Below, one piece after another: positions 9,548-20,207 of a stretch of DNA of 64,000 nt. The position numbers were made by a program, and so were the translations under genes. The stretch is from Armatimonadota bacterium (GTDB lineage Bacteria > Armatimonadota > SYMT01). Position 1 is the stretch's first letter, and every line of letters starts with the position of its first letter. The stretch spans positions 1 through 64,000 of the forward strand of contig JBKBRF010000016.1 in the NCBI GenBank assembly GCA_046292385.1. Reading direction: 5' to 3'. The notes beneath the pieces are model-generated. The model saw only the letters and a list, made by a program, of their open reading frames with translations. It searched no databases and was not told the origin of the DNA.

Positions 9548-11176
9548 TCAGCGGCGGTAGCGCACTCCGAAGATCGGATCGGCGCGCCGCGTGATGTTGT
9601 CGAAGCCCGCGATGATATCCAGGTTCCGGCCGAGCGGCAGGTTGCCATAGAGATCCACTTGCGGGTTATCCACACCGAACGCATCCAGCGAGACCAGCGG
9701 TCTGGTGCGGCTGCCGAAGTCCAGACCGAAGCCAAGCTTGGATGCGTAAATCCCATACCGCGCCCAGAGGTTGGAGCGAAGCCGCTGCCCCATCTGGACG
9801 TTGAACCGGTTGGTCTCTCCGAAGTCGTAGAAGCCCAGCCGGTAAAACGTGTCATCGTTCCACGGGATCGTCGCGTTCAGGTCCAGGCGAGTCTGGTCCG
9901 ACCGCACCGCTCGTCGCAGCGCCACGTCCAGCTCCGCCTCCGAAACGCGCTCCCCGATCGACTTCGCGGTCTTGCCGCCGGCCCCCAGGACGGTGCGCAC
10001 CCGGTCGAAGATTCCGGCCGCTTCCTCGGTGACCTCACGGAGTCCCGCGATTGACGCACGCAAATCCTCCTGCACTTTGGGGTCTCCCGTCAAGCCCCGA
10101 ACATCTTCCGTGATCAGCTTGAGGTTTTCCGAGGCCTCTCGGATACTCCGCGCGGTGGCCTGGAAGTCCTGCCGCAGCTCCGGATCGGCGAAGAACGTGC
10201 GGGTCTCGGCGAGCGTGGCGTCGAGGTTCTTGAGCGAGGAGTTGAGGCTGTTGACGATCTGCTGGAGCTGCGGGCGGTTGAGGTTGATGAAGGCGCGGGT
10301 CTCTCCCACCAGCCCGTTCGCGTTCTTCAGCAGCTCGCTGGTGTTCTCCATCACCCCTTCGCTGCTCTTCACTACCCCGCGCGTGTCCGCCACCAGCTCG
10401 CGCGCGTCCCGCAGCAGCGCCCCGGTCTCGTCGGAAGCGCCGCGGAAGCTCGCCAGGAGCTGATCGGCCTTCCGCAGCGTGCGGCTCAGGTCGTTCGCCG
10501 TGCCCTGGAACTGGTTGAAGAGCCGGTTGGCGGAGGCGGTCGCCTGCTGCATGTTCCCGGCGATCAGCACCCCCCGCTCCGAAAGGACGGCGAAGTTCTC
10601 AGCGGTACGCAGCAGGTTCCGTTTGAGCTTCGGGTCGCCGGCGAGCTGGTTGAAGTTGCGGGTCAGCGTCTTCATCTCGCCGGATAACAGGGTCACGTCG
10701 TCGACCAGCTTCTCGGCCTTCTCGATCAGGCGGTCCGTGTTGGTGCCTTCCTGGCCCACCACCACCGTCCCGGGCGGCACCGGCTCTCCGGTCAGCCCCG
10801 GTGGCAGCGTCTTCGCCTCGGGCTGCAGCTTGCCATTGGGGGTGATCTCGACGTAAGGCGGGGTGAATCCGCCGATACTGGTAACGATCCGGATCGAGTC
10901 GGTGTCTTTGAGGGGGTATCTTTCAGCGATCCGCATCTCGACGAGCGCACGGCTGTCCGCGCCCAGCCCAACACTCGCCACCTCACCCAGAGTTACGCCG
11001 CGCACCCGGACGTACGCGCCCTCCTGAAGCCCCTGTGCATCGGCAAAGGAAGCGCGCGCGATGTAGGTGTCGCCGGTCGCCACCCGCGACCGGAGCCAGA
11101 AGGTAGCCCAGATCAGGATGGCGAGCCCCACCACCACCGTCAGTCCCACGCGAGCCGCGTCGTTGAATCGCATCAC
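9548..11176 (-). CDS. mlaD: MlaD/MCE family protein
   Basis: N-terminal TM, FADAQGLQEGAYVRVRGV MCE motif, long helical region, beta-rich C-terminus ending in YRR. Confidence 0.85.
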   Translation of the reverse strand: MMRFNDAARVGLTVVVGLAILIWATFWLRSRVATGDTYIARASFADAQGLQEGAYVRVRGVTLGEVASVGLGADSRALVEMRIAERYPLKDTDSIRIVTSIGGFTPPYVEITPNGKLQPEAKTLPPGLTGEPVPPGTVVVGQEGTNTDRLIEKAEKLVDDVTLLSGEMKTLTRNFNQLAGDPKLKRNLLRTAENFAVLSERGVLIAGNMQQATASANRLFNQFQGTANDLSRTLRKADQLLASFRGASDETGALLRDARELVADTRGVVKSSEGVMENTSELLKNANGLVGETRAFINLNRPQLQQIVNSLNSSLKNLDATLAETRTFFADPELRQDFQATARSIREASENLKLITEDVRGLTGDPKVQEDLRASIAGLREVTEEAAGIFDRVRTVLGAGGKTAKSIGERVSEAELDVALRRAVRSDQTRLDLNATIPWNDDTFYRLGFYDFGETNRFNVQMGQRLRSNLWARYGIYASKLGFGLDFGSRTRPLVSLDAFGVDNPQVDLYGNLPLGRNLDIIAGFDNITRRADPIFGVRYRR

Positions 11177-11193
11177 TACTTCTCCTCGCGTGG

Positions 11194-11952
11194 TCAGGAC
11201 AGGATCTGAATCGGCCCTTCAGAACGACCCTCGATGAACTGGCGTACCACCGGGTTGCTAGAGACGCGGATCTTTGCGGGAGCGCCACACTCAACGATCC
11301 TCCCCTCGTGGAGCAGCGCCACCTTGTCGGAAATCCGCATCACGTTTTCGACATCGTGCGAGACGATCACTGAAGTCACTCCCAGGCGGTCTCGCACCGA
11401 GGCGATCAGGTCGTCGATAATCCGCGCCACCACCGGGTCGAGCCCGCTCGTCGGCTCATCGTAGAAGACCACCTCGGGGTCGGTGGCGAGCGCCCTCGCC
11501 AGACCCACCCGCTTCCGCATACCACCGCTCAACTGGGCGGGATAGAGATCCTCCGTCCCTTCGAGCCCTACGGCGGCGAGACGCTCTCTTGCCAGGTCTC
11601 GCAGCTTCTGCTCCGGGTGCCGGCCGTGATACTTGAGCCCGAAGATCACGTTCTCGTAGACAGTTAGCGAATCGAAGAGGGCTGCATATTGGAAGACCAT
11701 CCCCATGCGGCGCCGCTGCTCGTTCAGCGCGCTCTCCGACATCCGCGTTAGCTCTGCGTCACCCACGCGGATCGAGCCACCGGTCGGCCGTGCCAGCCCG
11801 GAGAGGCACTTCAGCAGGCTCGTCTTTCCTCCTCCGGAGATACCCATCACCGCGACGATCTCTCCCGGCAGAGCTTCCAGGTCGACTCCGCGGAGGATCA
11901 AGCGGTCGCCTACCGCGTAGGTCAGCCCGCTCACGAGCAGCCCGGCACTCAT
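11194..11952 (-). CDS. mlaF: MlaF-type ABC ATP-binding protein
   Basis: GISGGGKT, FQYAALFDS, LSGGMRKRVGLARA, YDEPTSGLDP. Confidence 0.92.
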   Translation of the reverse strand: MSAGLLVSGLTYAVGDRLILRGVDLEALPGEIVAVMGISGGGKTSLLKCLSGLARPTGGSIRVGDAELTRMSESALNEQRRRMGMVFQYAALFDSLTVYENVIFGLKYHGRHPEQKLRDLARERLAAVGLEGTEDLYPAQLSGGMRKRVGLARALATDPEVVFYDEPTSGLDPVVARIIDDLIASVRDRLGVTSVIVSHDVENVMRISDKVALLHEGRIVECGAPAKIRVSSNPVVRQFIEGRSEGPIQILS

Positions 11953-11956
11953 CGGA

Positions 11957-12790
11957 TTACCAGCCTCCGAGCGGGGCGTCACTGAACATCCACTCCGCCA
12001 GGAAGTAATCCGCCACGTAAACCAGCACGATGCTGGTCACCACCGCGGCGGTGGTGCTCTTCCCCACGCCAGCCGCGCCGCCGATCGTCCGCAGCCCCTG
12101 GTTGCATCCAACAATTGCGATGATCGCGCCGAAGACGAAGGTCTTGAGCAGGCCGAGGATGAGATCGTCCGGCTGCATCATCTCCCGCGCCGAGTTGAGG
12201 AAGAGCGAGCTGCCGATCCCCGCCCCGAGGACCGCCACGACGTAGCTGCCGAAGACGCCCGCCAGGTTGGCGAAGGCGGTGAGAATCGGGAGCATCAGCA
12301 CGGAGGCGATGAAGCGGGGAACTACCAGGTAGTGCACCGGGTTCACACCCAGGGAGCGGAGTGCATCGACCTGCTCCGTGACCGACATCGTGCCCAGCTC
12401 CGCCGCGATTGCGGAGCCGACGCGCGCCGCCACCACCACGGCGGTCAGCACCGGCGCCGCCTCTCGCGCCATGGAGACCGCCGCGATGCCGCCCACCAGG
12501 TTCTCCGCGCCGAGCCGCTTGAGCTGGTTCGCCGTATGCAGCGCCAGCACCATTCCGGAGAAGGCGATCGTCAGCAGCGTGATCGGCAGGGAGCTGACGC
12601 CGATGGCGGACATCTGCCGCACTGTCTCTCCGAGCTGGACGCGCCCCCGTAAGAGTGCGCCAACGGTCTGCAGGAACAGGATCGCCAGCTCGCCGGCCCA
12701 TTCCAGGCTGCCCCGAAAGGAGCTGAGCCCCGTTCCACGCCGAGATTCCGCCGTGCCTGGAGCTGGACTTTCGTGTTGAGCGGTACTCAT
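11957..12790 (-). CDS. mlaE: MlaE-type ABC permease
   Basis: REAAPVLTA, RVGSAIAAELGTM..EQVDAL, GVGKSTT. Confidence 0.93.
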   Translation of the reverse strand: MSTAQHESPAPGTAESRRGTGLSSFRGSLEWAGELAILFLQTVGALLRGRVQLGETVRQMSAIGVSSLPITLLTIAFSGMVLALHTANQLKRLGAENLVGGIAAVSMAREAAPVLTAVVVAARVGSAIAAELGTMSVTEQVDALRSLGVNPVHYLVVPRFIASVLMLPILTAFANLAGVFGSYVVAVLGAGIGSSLFLNSAREMMQPDDLILGLLKTFVFGAIIAIVGCNQGLRTIGGAAGVGKSTTAAVVTSIVLVYVADYFLAEWMFSDAPLGGW

Positions 12791-12837
12791 GGAACGCGAC
12801 TGCCGATAGCGCTGGGGCCACCTGAAAAACGCCTGCT

Positions 12838-12867
12838 AGTATAGCAAGGAATCTGAAATCGTGTCAA
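12838..12867 (-). promoter_or_regulatory. Sigma70-type promoter of the mlaEFD operon
   Basis: Minus strand TTGACA-18 nt-TATACT, about 50 nt upstream of the mlaE start, in an AT-richer patch. Confidence 0.65.
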
Positions 12868-13033
12868 TGCTATCGCTATGCGTAACGATCAGGCGGTTGG
12901 TATACTCTCACCTGGTGAACCGGCTCAGATGCGGACGGACGGCGTGGAGCGCAGGCCCTCTCTCCCTACGCCGATCCGGAGGCAGTGACTGAGGCCGGTA
13001 CAAGAGTATAGGCCCATAGGCAGGCGCCCACGC

Positions 13034-14323
13034 ATGAACATTCTTCCTTCAGTTCGCCTTCTGGCGGTGCTCGGCATCCTGCTAACCGCCATTTCGGGAG
13101 TCCGAGCGGAGCCGAAGGAGCCCGAGCCGGTCCCGGTGCCGGTCCCGAAGGGGCAGCCGACCACCGCACAGAACGTCCACCTCCCCTCCGAGGGTGAGAT
13201 CCGACTCGGTCGAGAGACGGCCGTCGAGATCGAAAAGCACTTCAAGGTGATTCCGGACGGGCCGCTCGCCGAGCGCCTGAAGCGCGTCTCCGACCAGGTG
13301 GTGGCGGCGATCCGGCGGCCGGAGATCGCCCAGGAGTACGTGAAGGTCTACGAGCTGCCGAGGAAGGGCGATAAGGCGCGGCGCCTGCCGTTCGAGTACT
13401 CGTTCAAGGTGATCGACGCCGGAAAGATGGTGAACGCCTTCTCGCTGGCCGGCGGTCCGATCTACGTGACGAAGGCGCTGCTGGAGTTCACCCCCAGCGA
13501 CGACGAGCTGGCGGGCGTACTGGCGCACGAGTGCGCGCACGTCGCCTTCCACCACGTGGAGCAGATGGCGCGTCTCCAGAAGAAGCAGGCAAAGAACCAG
13601 ATCTGGGCGCTCCTCGCCACCATCATCGCCGGCGTGGCGGGCGGCGGCGGGGCGCTGCAGGGCGCGTTCCCCGCGCTGGCGGGCGCGCAGCTCATCACCA
13701 CCGCCATGATGACCGGATACAGCCGGGAGCTGGAGCATGAAGCGGACCGGGTCGGCGTGATGGCGCTCACCAACACCCGCTTCCAGCCGACCGGCATGCT
13801 CACCTTCATGCAGAAGCTGGCGCGAGAGGACAAGCTGCGCGGCAACCCGGACTTCGGCATCTACCAGAGCCACCCCTATCCGAACCAGCGGGTCGACGCC
13901 CTGACCGAGCAGATCGCCTCCCTCGGCTATCCGGTCGACCGCGGCGCCCTCCGCCGGGTGAACGGCAGCTTCGTCGTGGAAGCGGTACCGGTGACGAAGG
14001 GGGGCCGCGAGCTCGCGGAGGTGCGCCTGAACCGGGAGCGCCTCTTCCTGGTGGTGAACCCGGACGACCACGCGACGCCGCTGGCCCGCGCGCAGCGGAT
14101 CGCCCGGGACCTGGAGGACCTCTTCGCCGACAACCTGTCCGACAACCAGGTCCGGCTGAATCCGGAGCGCGGCCTGCTGCTCCTGAAGGGGATTCCGGTC
14201 ATCCGCGTCTTCCCGGAAGACGGGGCCGAGGTGGGCGGACAGGAGGAAGCGCTCGACGCCGCCTACAAGGGCGTAATGCGCGCCCTCCTCAAAGAACGGC
14301 TCGACGCCCCCGCGGCGTTGTAG
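13034..14323 (+). CDS. M48 family Zn metallopeptidase, secreted
   Basis: Signal peptide, NAFSLAGG, HECAH (HExxH), YSRELEHEAD, SHP. Confidence 0.9.
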   Translation: MNILPSVRLLAVLGILLTAISGVRAEPKEPEPVPVPVPKGQPTTAQNVHLPSEGEIRLGRETAVEIEKHFKVIPDGPLAERLKRVSDQVVAAIRRPEIAQEYVKVYELPRKGDKARRLPFEYSFKVIDAGKMVNAFSLAGGPIYVTKALLEFTPSDDELAGVLAHECAHVAFHHVEQMARLQKKQAKNQIWALLATIIAGVAGGGGALQGAFPALAGAQLITTAMMTGYSRELEHEADRVGVMALTNTRFQPTGMLTFMQKLAREDKLRGNPDFGIYQSHPYPNQRVDALTEQIASLGYPVDRGALRRVNGSFVVEAVPVTKGGRELAEVRLNRERLFLVVNPDDHATPLARAQRIARDLEDLFADNLSDNQVRLNPERGLLLLKGIPVIRVFPEDGAEVGGQEEALDAAYKGVMRALLKERLDAPAAL

Positions 14324-14442
14324 CACTGCCACCGGACTGAGCGGGAGAGTGTGGTCCGAACCCTCTGGCTGCGGGATCTCGTATTCCTAACCGCCCTACG
14401 CGCCGCGTCCGGGAAGCGGACACTTTCTTCCGGGGAAGTCTT

Positions 14443-14574
14443 TGGAGTGCGGTAGCTTGCTACCGCTTTCGCCGCAGTCTTCGCGTCCAGACTGCTGCAA
14501 CCTGCAGAGGTCGCCCGACGCCAGGCTACGGGAACGATAGGCTCCGCAAAGCGGAAGCAAGCTTCCGCACTCCA
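14443..14574. repeat. REP-like doublet (TGGAGTGCGGTAGCTTGCTACCGCTTT .. AAAGCGGAAGCAAGCTTCCGCACTCCA)
   Basis: Two inverted palindromic units between convergent genes; a half unit ending CCGCACTCCA also sits near 65-95. Confidence 0.8.
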
Positions 14575-14661
14575 CATGCCAGCCCGTAGTGCTGGTCCCG
14601 TCGGGGGCGGGGCGCCCCTCCGGAGCTCTCACCCACTCATCCTTGCGCCCACTCAGTCCAG

Positions 14662-15666
14662 CTACCCGCGCGTGACTTTCATCCCCTCGCTGATGCGGTA
14701 CGGCATGATCGTGGCGCCGTGCTCCTTCAGCGCGGCGCGGACCGCCTCCTGCGCTCCCTCGCGTACGAAGGTCACCATGCAGCCGCCGCCGCCCGCGCCG
14801 CAGACCTTCGCGGCAATGGCGCCGGCCTCGCTGGCCGCGGCGATCATCGCGTCGATCTCCGGCGTGCTCACGCCCTCTGCCAGGCTGCGGCGGTGCTCCC
14901 ACTCCTGGTTCAGCACCCGGGCGAAGCCGTCGAAGTCGGCGTTCTGGAGCACCTCCGCCATCGCGTGGGCGGTCTCGTTGATCGTCCGCATGGCGCCGCG
15001 GGTGGTGCCGGTGTTCTCGATGTAGTTCCGGAGCATGTCCCAGTTGGTGGCGCCGGAGAAGTGGGAGATGCCGGTGAAGCAGAGGATCAGCCGGTCCTCC
15101 AGCGTCCGGATGCACTCCTCGCTCACCACCAGCTTCCGGACCTCGTTCCGGCGGATGCCCCAGTGGATCGCGTTCACCCCCCCGTAATAGGCGGCGTAGT
15201 AGTCCTGCTTGCCGGTGGGGATGCGGATGTTCTGGGCTTCCAGGTCGGCGCCGTAGCGGATGATCGTCTCCCCGTCCAAATCGGTGCCGAGCAGCTCGTT
15301 CAGCGCGCCGCTCATCGCGATCAGGAGCGACGACGAGGCGCCGAGCCCGCTGCCCTTCGGCGCGCGGTTCTCCGTCTCCACGTCGAGACCGGTGGTGGGG
15401 GCGTAGAACTTCAGCAGGCGCGCCACCAGGTCGAGCGGGCCGCCCAGCTCCAGCGACGCCAGCTCCGGCGCCGTCTGCTCCAGGCCGGTATCGACCGACC
15501 GGATCCGGATCTTCCGGTCCTCGCGGGGGGTCAACCGCACGCGGCTGCTGACGTCGATCCCCATGTTGACGGTGATGCCGCCCTCTTCGAAGAGGTAGAG
15601 GGGATAGATATCGAGGGTGGCGCCGGCGAGGTCGATCCGGCCGGGGGCGATCGCTTCTACGTACAT
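14662..15666 (-). CDS. GHMP kinase (HddA-like sugar-phosphate kinase)
   Basis: APGRIDLAG, PKGSGLGASS, GKQDYYAA, KVCGAGGGG. Confidence 0.88.
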   Translation of the reverse strand: MYVEAIAPGRIDLAGATLDIYPLYLFEEGGITVNMGIDVSSRVRLTPREDRKIRIRSVDTGLEQTAPELASLELGGPLDLVARLLKFYAPTTGLDVETENRAPKGSGLGASSSLLIAMSGALNELLGTDLDGETIIRYGADLEAQNIRIPTGKQDYYAAYYGGVNAIHWGIRRNEVRKLVVSEECIRTLEDRLILCFTGISHFSGATNWDMLRNYIENTGTTRGAMRTINETAHAMAEVLQNADFDGFARVLNQEWEHRRSLAEGVSTPEIDAMIAAASEAGAIAAKVCGAGGGGCMVTFVREGAQEAVRAALKEHGATIMPYRISEGMKVTRG

Positions 15667-15706
15667 CGGGGTCTCCAGCGGGTGGGGTGAGGGCGAGGCG
15701 ATTGTA

Positions 15707-16993
15707 TCACGGGGAGCGCGGCTCGGGGGCCGTCCCACCGTGGCGCTCCAGCAGATAGGCGAGCGCCTCGTCGCGCGTCCGCAGCATTCCGTCCGCCCTG
15801 GCCTCCTCGATCTCCTCCAGCAGACGGCCAATCTGCGGTCCCGGACGCAGCTTTAACGCCTGCATGACCTCCTGCCCGGTGAGGAGCGGCTCCGGCGGAC
15901 GCTGGTGCCGCCAGAGCGCCTCCTCCAGCAGCTCCGCGTAGGCGGCGGACCAGCCTCCGTCCGCCGCGGCGGCGAGGAGCACCGCCTCCGGCAGCGCACG
16001 TCCGCCGCCGCGGAACGCGCGGTAGCGCTCTCGACCGGAGACGGGCCAGCGGGCAGCCAGCTCTCTGAGCCGCGGCGCGGCGGCGAGGCCTTTCTCGATC
16101 AGGTGGCGCTCGTCGTTGCTCAGCGCCAGGTAGCGCCCGGCGGCGGCGGGGTCGAGCGCCGGCAGGTGCGGCTGCAGTGCCGCCGCCCAGGCCAGCGACT
16201 CCCGTCGACGGCGCGGCGGCGTCACCGGCTGGTCCAGCAGGTCACTGACCGCCGGGGGCGCTGCGTCCAGCAGCTCCAGCAGCGTGCCGACGCGGTCGGC
16301 GGAGCGCTCCGGCTCCGGCACCTCCGCCCCGAAGAGCCAGCGGGAGAGACCGAGCTCCAAGCACTCCCGCAGCGCCCGGTCGGCGGATCGGAGCGCCAGC
16401 ACCTGGAACAACTCGTCCCGCACCCGCTCGACGGAGACCCGCGCCAGCAGGGGGCCGCACTCCCGGGCCAGCGCCGCGGTCTCCGGCGTGAGCTGAAAGT
16501 CGAGCAGCCAGCGGAAGCGGAGCGCGCGGAGCACGCGGAGCGGGTCCTCCCGCGGCGCCGTCTCCTGCACGAACCGCACCAGCCCCGCCGCCAGGTCCCG
16601 CTGCCCGCCGGTCGGGTCGAGGATCGGGACGCCGGGGTGCAGGCCGTCCGCAGCGGCGACCGCCATCGCGTTGATGGTGAGGTCGCGCGCCTGGAGGTCC
16701 TGCTCCAGCGTTCCGCGCAGCGGGGAAAGGTCGACGTGCAGCCCGTCGTGCTCCGGCAGGATCACTCGCACCACGCGCTCTTCCTGGTGCAGCCAGAAGA
16801 CGTGGCCCCGGAGCGCGTTGGCGAGCCGCTTGCCGGCGGCGTGAGTGTCCCCTTCGAGCGCCAGGTCGAGGTCTTTGATCGGCACGCCGCGGAGCAGGTC
16901 GCGCACGCACCCGCCGACGAAGTAGGCTTCTCCGCCCGTCTCCGCCACGCACCGCCCGATCCGATCGAATAGCGCTTCCACTCGCCCCTTCAT
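15707..16993 (-). CDS. tRNA nucleotidyltransferase (CCA-adding/poly(A) polymerase family)
   Basis: VGGCVRDLL..DLD, RDLTINAMA, EDPLRVLRALRF, SVERVRDEL, PGPQIG. Confidence 0.9.
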   Translation of the reverse strand: MKGRVEALFDRIGRCVAETGGEAYFVGGCVRDLLRGVPIKDLDLALEGDTHAAGKRLANALRGHVFWLHQEERVVRVILPEHDGLHVDLSPLRGTLEQDLQARDLTINAMAVAAADGLHPGVPILDPTGGQRDLAAGLVRFVQETAPREDPLRVLRALRFRWLLDFQLTPETAALARECGPLLARVSVERVRDELFQVLALRSADRALRECLELGLSRWLFGAEVPEPERSADRVGTLLELLDAAPPAVSDLLDQPVTPPRRRRESLAWAAALQPHLPALDPAAAGRYLALSNDERHLIEKGLAAAPRLRELAARWPVSGRERYRAFRGGGRALPEAVLLAAAADGGWSAAYAELLEEALWRHQRPPEPLLTGQEVMQALKLRPGPQIGRLLEEIEEARADGMLRTRDEALAYLLERHGGTAPEPRSP

Positions 16994-17943
16994 TCCGTAC
17001 TTCCGGCGAGCAGCGCGGAGGCCGCCTCGCCCTCGCCGAGCAGGTCCGCCGCCAGGAGCACCGCCCCCTCCAGCGGGCTCGTCCGCGGCGTCTCCAGGTG
17101 GACCGTGCTCCCCAGCCGGAGGAGATGCGCCGCCACGGTCTCCCGGTAGAGCGCGCTGGAGCCGGCGATGCCGCCCTGGAGCGCCAGCGGCAGTCCTGCG
17201 TAGCCAAGTCGAAGCTCCACGGTGCGGACCTGCGAGGCCAGGTCGACGGCCGCCGTCCGGATGATCGCCTCGCTCCGGCCATCGCCGCCTTCCGCGGCCG
17301 CGATCACCTCCGAGGCGAGCGCGGCGATCTGGTCCCGCCCCCAGCCGTGGCGGTAGACGCCCCGCAGCCATTCCCGCGGCTCCCGACCCAACTCCGGCCA
17401 GCGCGCGGGGAGCCGCCCGAGCAGCGCGGTCTCGTCGCTTCCGAGGTCGACGCACTGCGCCATCGCCCGCAGCGCCGCCACTCCGATAGCGTAGCCGCTG
17501 CCCTCGTCGCCGAAGAGCGGACCCCAGCCGCCCGCGCGGGCGCTGGTACCGTCGGCTAGCCGTCCGTAGCAGATGCTGCCGGTCCCCGCGATCGCGACGA
17601 TCCCCGGCCCGCCCGCGTGCGCGCCCGCCCACGCGGCCACGACGTCGGGCTCCACCAGCACGGGCAGGCCGGGCCACGCGCGACCGGTGAACGCCTGCAC
17701 CTGCGCCGCGTGATCGGGCGGGTAGTAGCCGGCGATGCAGAGACAGATCGCCGCCGGAGTCGCCCTCCCGCCGAGCGCAGATGCGACCACGCTGGAGAGG
17801 CGCTCGGCGCAGGTCTCTGGGCCGTGGACCGTCCAGTTCGCCCCCGGCCCTTCCGCGGAGCGCCGCTCGCCGCTGGACAGGTCGAGCGCCAGGGCGCGGG
17901 TCCGCGTCCCGCCGGCATCCACCCCCACGATCCACCGCTCCAT
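16990..17943 (-). CDS. BadF/BadG/BcrA/BcrD-type N-acetylglucosamine kinase-like protein
   Basis: GVDAGGTRT, IAGTGSI, RAGGWGPLFGDEGSG. Confidence 0.9.
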   Translation of the reverse strand: MERWIVGVDAGGTRTRALALDLSSGERRSAEGPGANWTVHGPETCAERLSSVVASALGGRATPAAICLCIAGYYPPDHAAQVQAFTGRAWPGLPVLVEPDVVAAWAGAHAGGPGIVAIAGTGSICYGRLADGTSARAGGWGPLFGDEGSGYAIGVAALRAMAQCVDLGSDETALLGRLPARWPELGREPREWLRGVYRHGWGRDQIAALASEVIAAAEGGDGRSEAIIRTAAVDLASQVRTVELRLGYAGLPLALQGGIAGSSALYRETVAAHLLRLGSTVHLETPRTSPLEGAVLLAADLLGEGEAASALLAGSTE

Positions 17944-18007
17944 GCGCCCTCCGATCCGGTCCGTGGCCTGAGCCAAGCTTCTCGTACCGGAGCGCGGATC
18001 GCCAGGA

Positions 18008-19954
18008 TCAGCGCCGGAGAACGTCGACCTGCACGGTGCGGGCCGGCTCCTTCTCCCCGGACAGGTGGTAGGAGAACTGGTAGCTGGTGGCGCTGCACGG
18101 CGCGCCGACCGTCGACCACTGGAGCTCCTCCGGCAGGTTGCCGACGTTCGGCGGCCGGTAACTCGGGTAAATGGCCAGGATGCGGACGGTCCGCTCCTCC
18201 GAGGTCCCGATGAAGACCTGGCGCTTCCAGGCCTCCTGCTTCAGACTGAAGGCGCCGGTCCGGAGCGCGGCCGGATCGATCCGGCCGTCCGACGCCAGCT
18301 TCGCCGCCGGGCCCCAGAGGGAGCGCGGCGGGTCGAGCAGCGCCGCGGCGAACGCCTGCTGCTGCGGACCGTCCATCTCGGCGACCGGCAGCAGCTCCCC
18401 ATTCAGCACCTGCTGGCGCTGCGCCGGGCGGAGTGCGTGCCAGAACCGGAGGTGCCGGCGCAGGGCGTGCAGCAGCGTCGACCCTCCGGGCGGCGGGTTG
18501 ACCGCCGGATCGTCCAGCCGCCAGCCCCAGTAGAGCCCCAACCCCAGCGCCTGGCGATCGGTCAGCGCGCTCGCCAGCTCCGCCAGTTGATCGAGCGAGG
18601 CGGCTCCGGACCGTGCGGCACGCGCCTGCCACGGCCCGAGCACCGACGCAGGCGGCTCAAGCTCGCGGTCCCAGGCGTGGGTCGCGCTTCGGAGCCGCAC
18701 CACGCCGTCCCGGTACGCCCACCGGCAGCGCAGCTCGCGCGCCAGGCGGTCGAGCAGCTCGGACAGGGGCCGTTCGTCGGCGATCCACGCCGGATCGACC
18801 CGGCTGCGCGCGAAGCTGTCCGCGATGAGATCGACGCCGGACGAGGCATGGAGCGCCCGCGCCACTTCACCGAGTGGGATCCAGTGGGGGAACGAGCGAC
18901 GGTCCCAGGTGAGCGCCTCGTCCTGCAGTGAGACGCGGGGGGCGGAGGTCCACCGGGCGGGGAGCTGCAGACGCACCGGCTTGCGCAGGCTCTCCTCGTC
19001 CGGTGCGGCGGCAGCCGGCTCCGGCTCCCGGTCCGGCAGGCGGGGTCTCCACTCCACCGAGCGCCACTGCTCCCGCTCTCCGGCTCCCCGGCGCTGGATC
19101 AGCTCGACGCGCAGCACGGATCGCCGCGCGTACGGCGAGGGCGGCGGCTCGCCGTCTCCATATTCGCTGAGCTGCAGCAGAGCATCGCCGTAGACGGGGA
19201 TCACCTGCGCGCCGGTAAACGGGCTGGAGGTGCCGTCATCGAGCTTCTCCGGCAGCGCGTCGAGCGCCGAGAGCGTCTCCGGCGGCAGGTCGGTCCGGCG
19301 CAGCAGCAGCGGCTCATCGGAGCGAAGGTGCTGCATCTGGAGCGCGGTGAGCCGAGGCAGGAGGGCGACGGCGGCCGCGGCACCCGGCCGTCGAGCGTCT
19401 TCCAGCACCGCGGCTTCCGCGGCGGCGGCGGCTCGCTCCTCCGGGGCGGCGCCCGTCTTCCGCCGCTCCTCCGCCGCCGCGAGCCGGGCGCCGCGCTCCG
19501 CTGCCGGGAGCCGCAGCACCTGGTTCAGCTGGTCCACGTGTCCGCGCAGCTCCCGCCACTCGGCATCCGCTTCCCTCTGCCGCTCCCGCGCTTCTGCCCG
19601 CGCCGACAGCGGGTCCTGCTCCAGGGTGTAGCCCCCGGCCCGCGCGGCCCAGCGGAAACCGAAGTGCTCCGTGATCAGCGCCAGCACCTCGCGGGCCGGC
19701 CGGCTGCGGATCTGGAGGGAGACGCGATCGTCCCCCGTCGACCTCGACGCGGTGAGCGGCACCGCCAGCCGCGCGGACAGCTCCCGGAGCGCCCCTGTGA
19801 GCGGCTCGTCGGCGAAGTCGACTGCGAGCGACCGGGCCAGGCGGGAGTCGGCGGCCAGATCCGCCGGCTCAGCCGCCGGGGCGGCCGCCCCGAGCACCGG
19901 GAGCAGGAGCGCCAGCAGGACGACGGGGAGCGAACCGAAGCGCAGCGTCGACAT
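18008..19954 (-). CDS. Large secreted hypothetical protein (two STN-like repeats suspected)
   Basis: Signal peptide; 648-aa ORF with genome-typical codon usage; function unknown. Confidence 0.7.
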   Translation of the reverse strand: MSTLRFGSLPVVLLALLLPVLGAAAPAAEPADLAADSRLARSLAVDFADEPLTGALRELSARLAVPLTASRSTGDDRVSLQIRSRPAREVLALITEHFGFRWAARAGGYTLEQDPLSARAEARERQREADAEWRELRGHVDQLNQVLRLPAAERGARLAAAEERRKTGAAPEERAAAAAEAAVLEDARRPGAAAAVALLPRLTALQMQHLRSDEPLLLRRTDLPPETLSALDALPEKLDDGTSSPFTGAQVIPVYGDALLQLSEYGDGEPPPSPYARRSVLRVELIQRRGAGEREQWRSVEWRPRLPDREPEPAAAAPDEESLRKPVRLQLPARWTSAPRVSLQDEALTWDRRSFPHWIPLGEVARALHASSGVDLIADSFARSRVDPAWIADERPLSELLDRLARELRCRWAYRDGVVRLRSATHAWDRELEPPASVLGPWQARAARSGAASLDQLAELASALTDRQALGLGLYWGWRLDDPAVNPPPGGSTLLHALRRHLRFWHALRPAQRQQVLNGELLPVAEMDGPQQQAFAAALLDPPRSLWGPAAKLASDGRIDPAALRTGAFSLKQEAWKRQVFIGTSEERTVRILAIYPSYRPPNVGNLPEELQWSTVGAPCSATSYQFSYHLSGEKEPARTVQVDVLRR

Positions 19955-20207
19955 GGATGCACTTCCTCGCGGGTGAACGAGCGGCCGTTATCTGGACTGA
20001 GTGGGCGAGTGGGAGCAAGGGGGAGTGGGAGAGACTGCTGCGGGGGCGGCGATCTCCTGGCAGAGACAGCTACTATCCACGAGAGCTTTCGAGTAGGAGT
20101 AAGTGAACGAGTAGGTGTTGGGGTGCACGTACCGGGAGGTTCGGATCTCCCACTCCCCCACTCTCCCTTGCTCCCACTCCAATTCGTGAAGAGTAGCGCT
20201 CACAACG

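Noticed and set aside
15707..17935. Long N-terminal extensions suggesting fusions (also 41152-44403, 58053-60677, 22570-24120, 35208-36704)
   Set aside because: The extensions are off-frame or antisense readings of neighbouring genes; internal starts fit the families.
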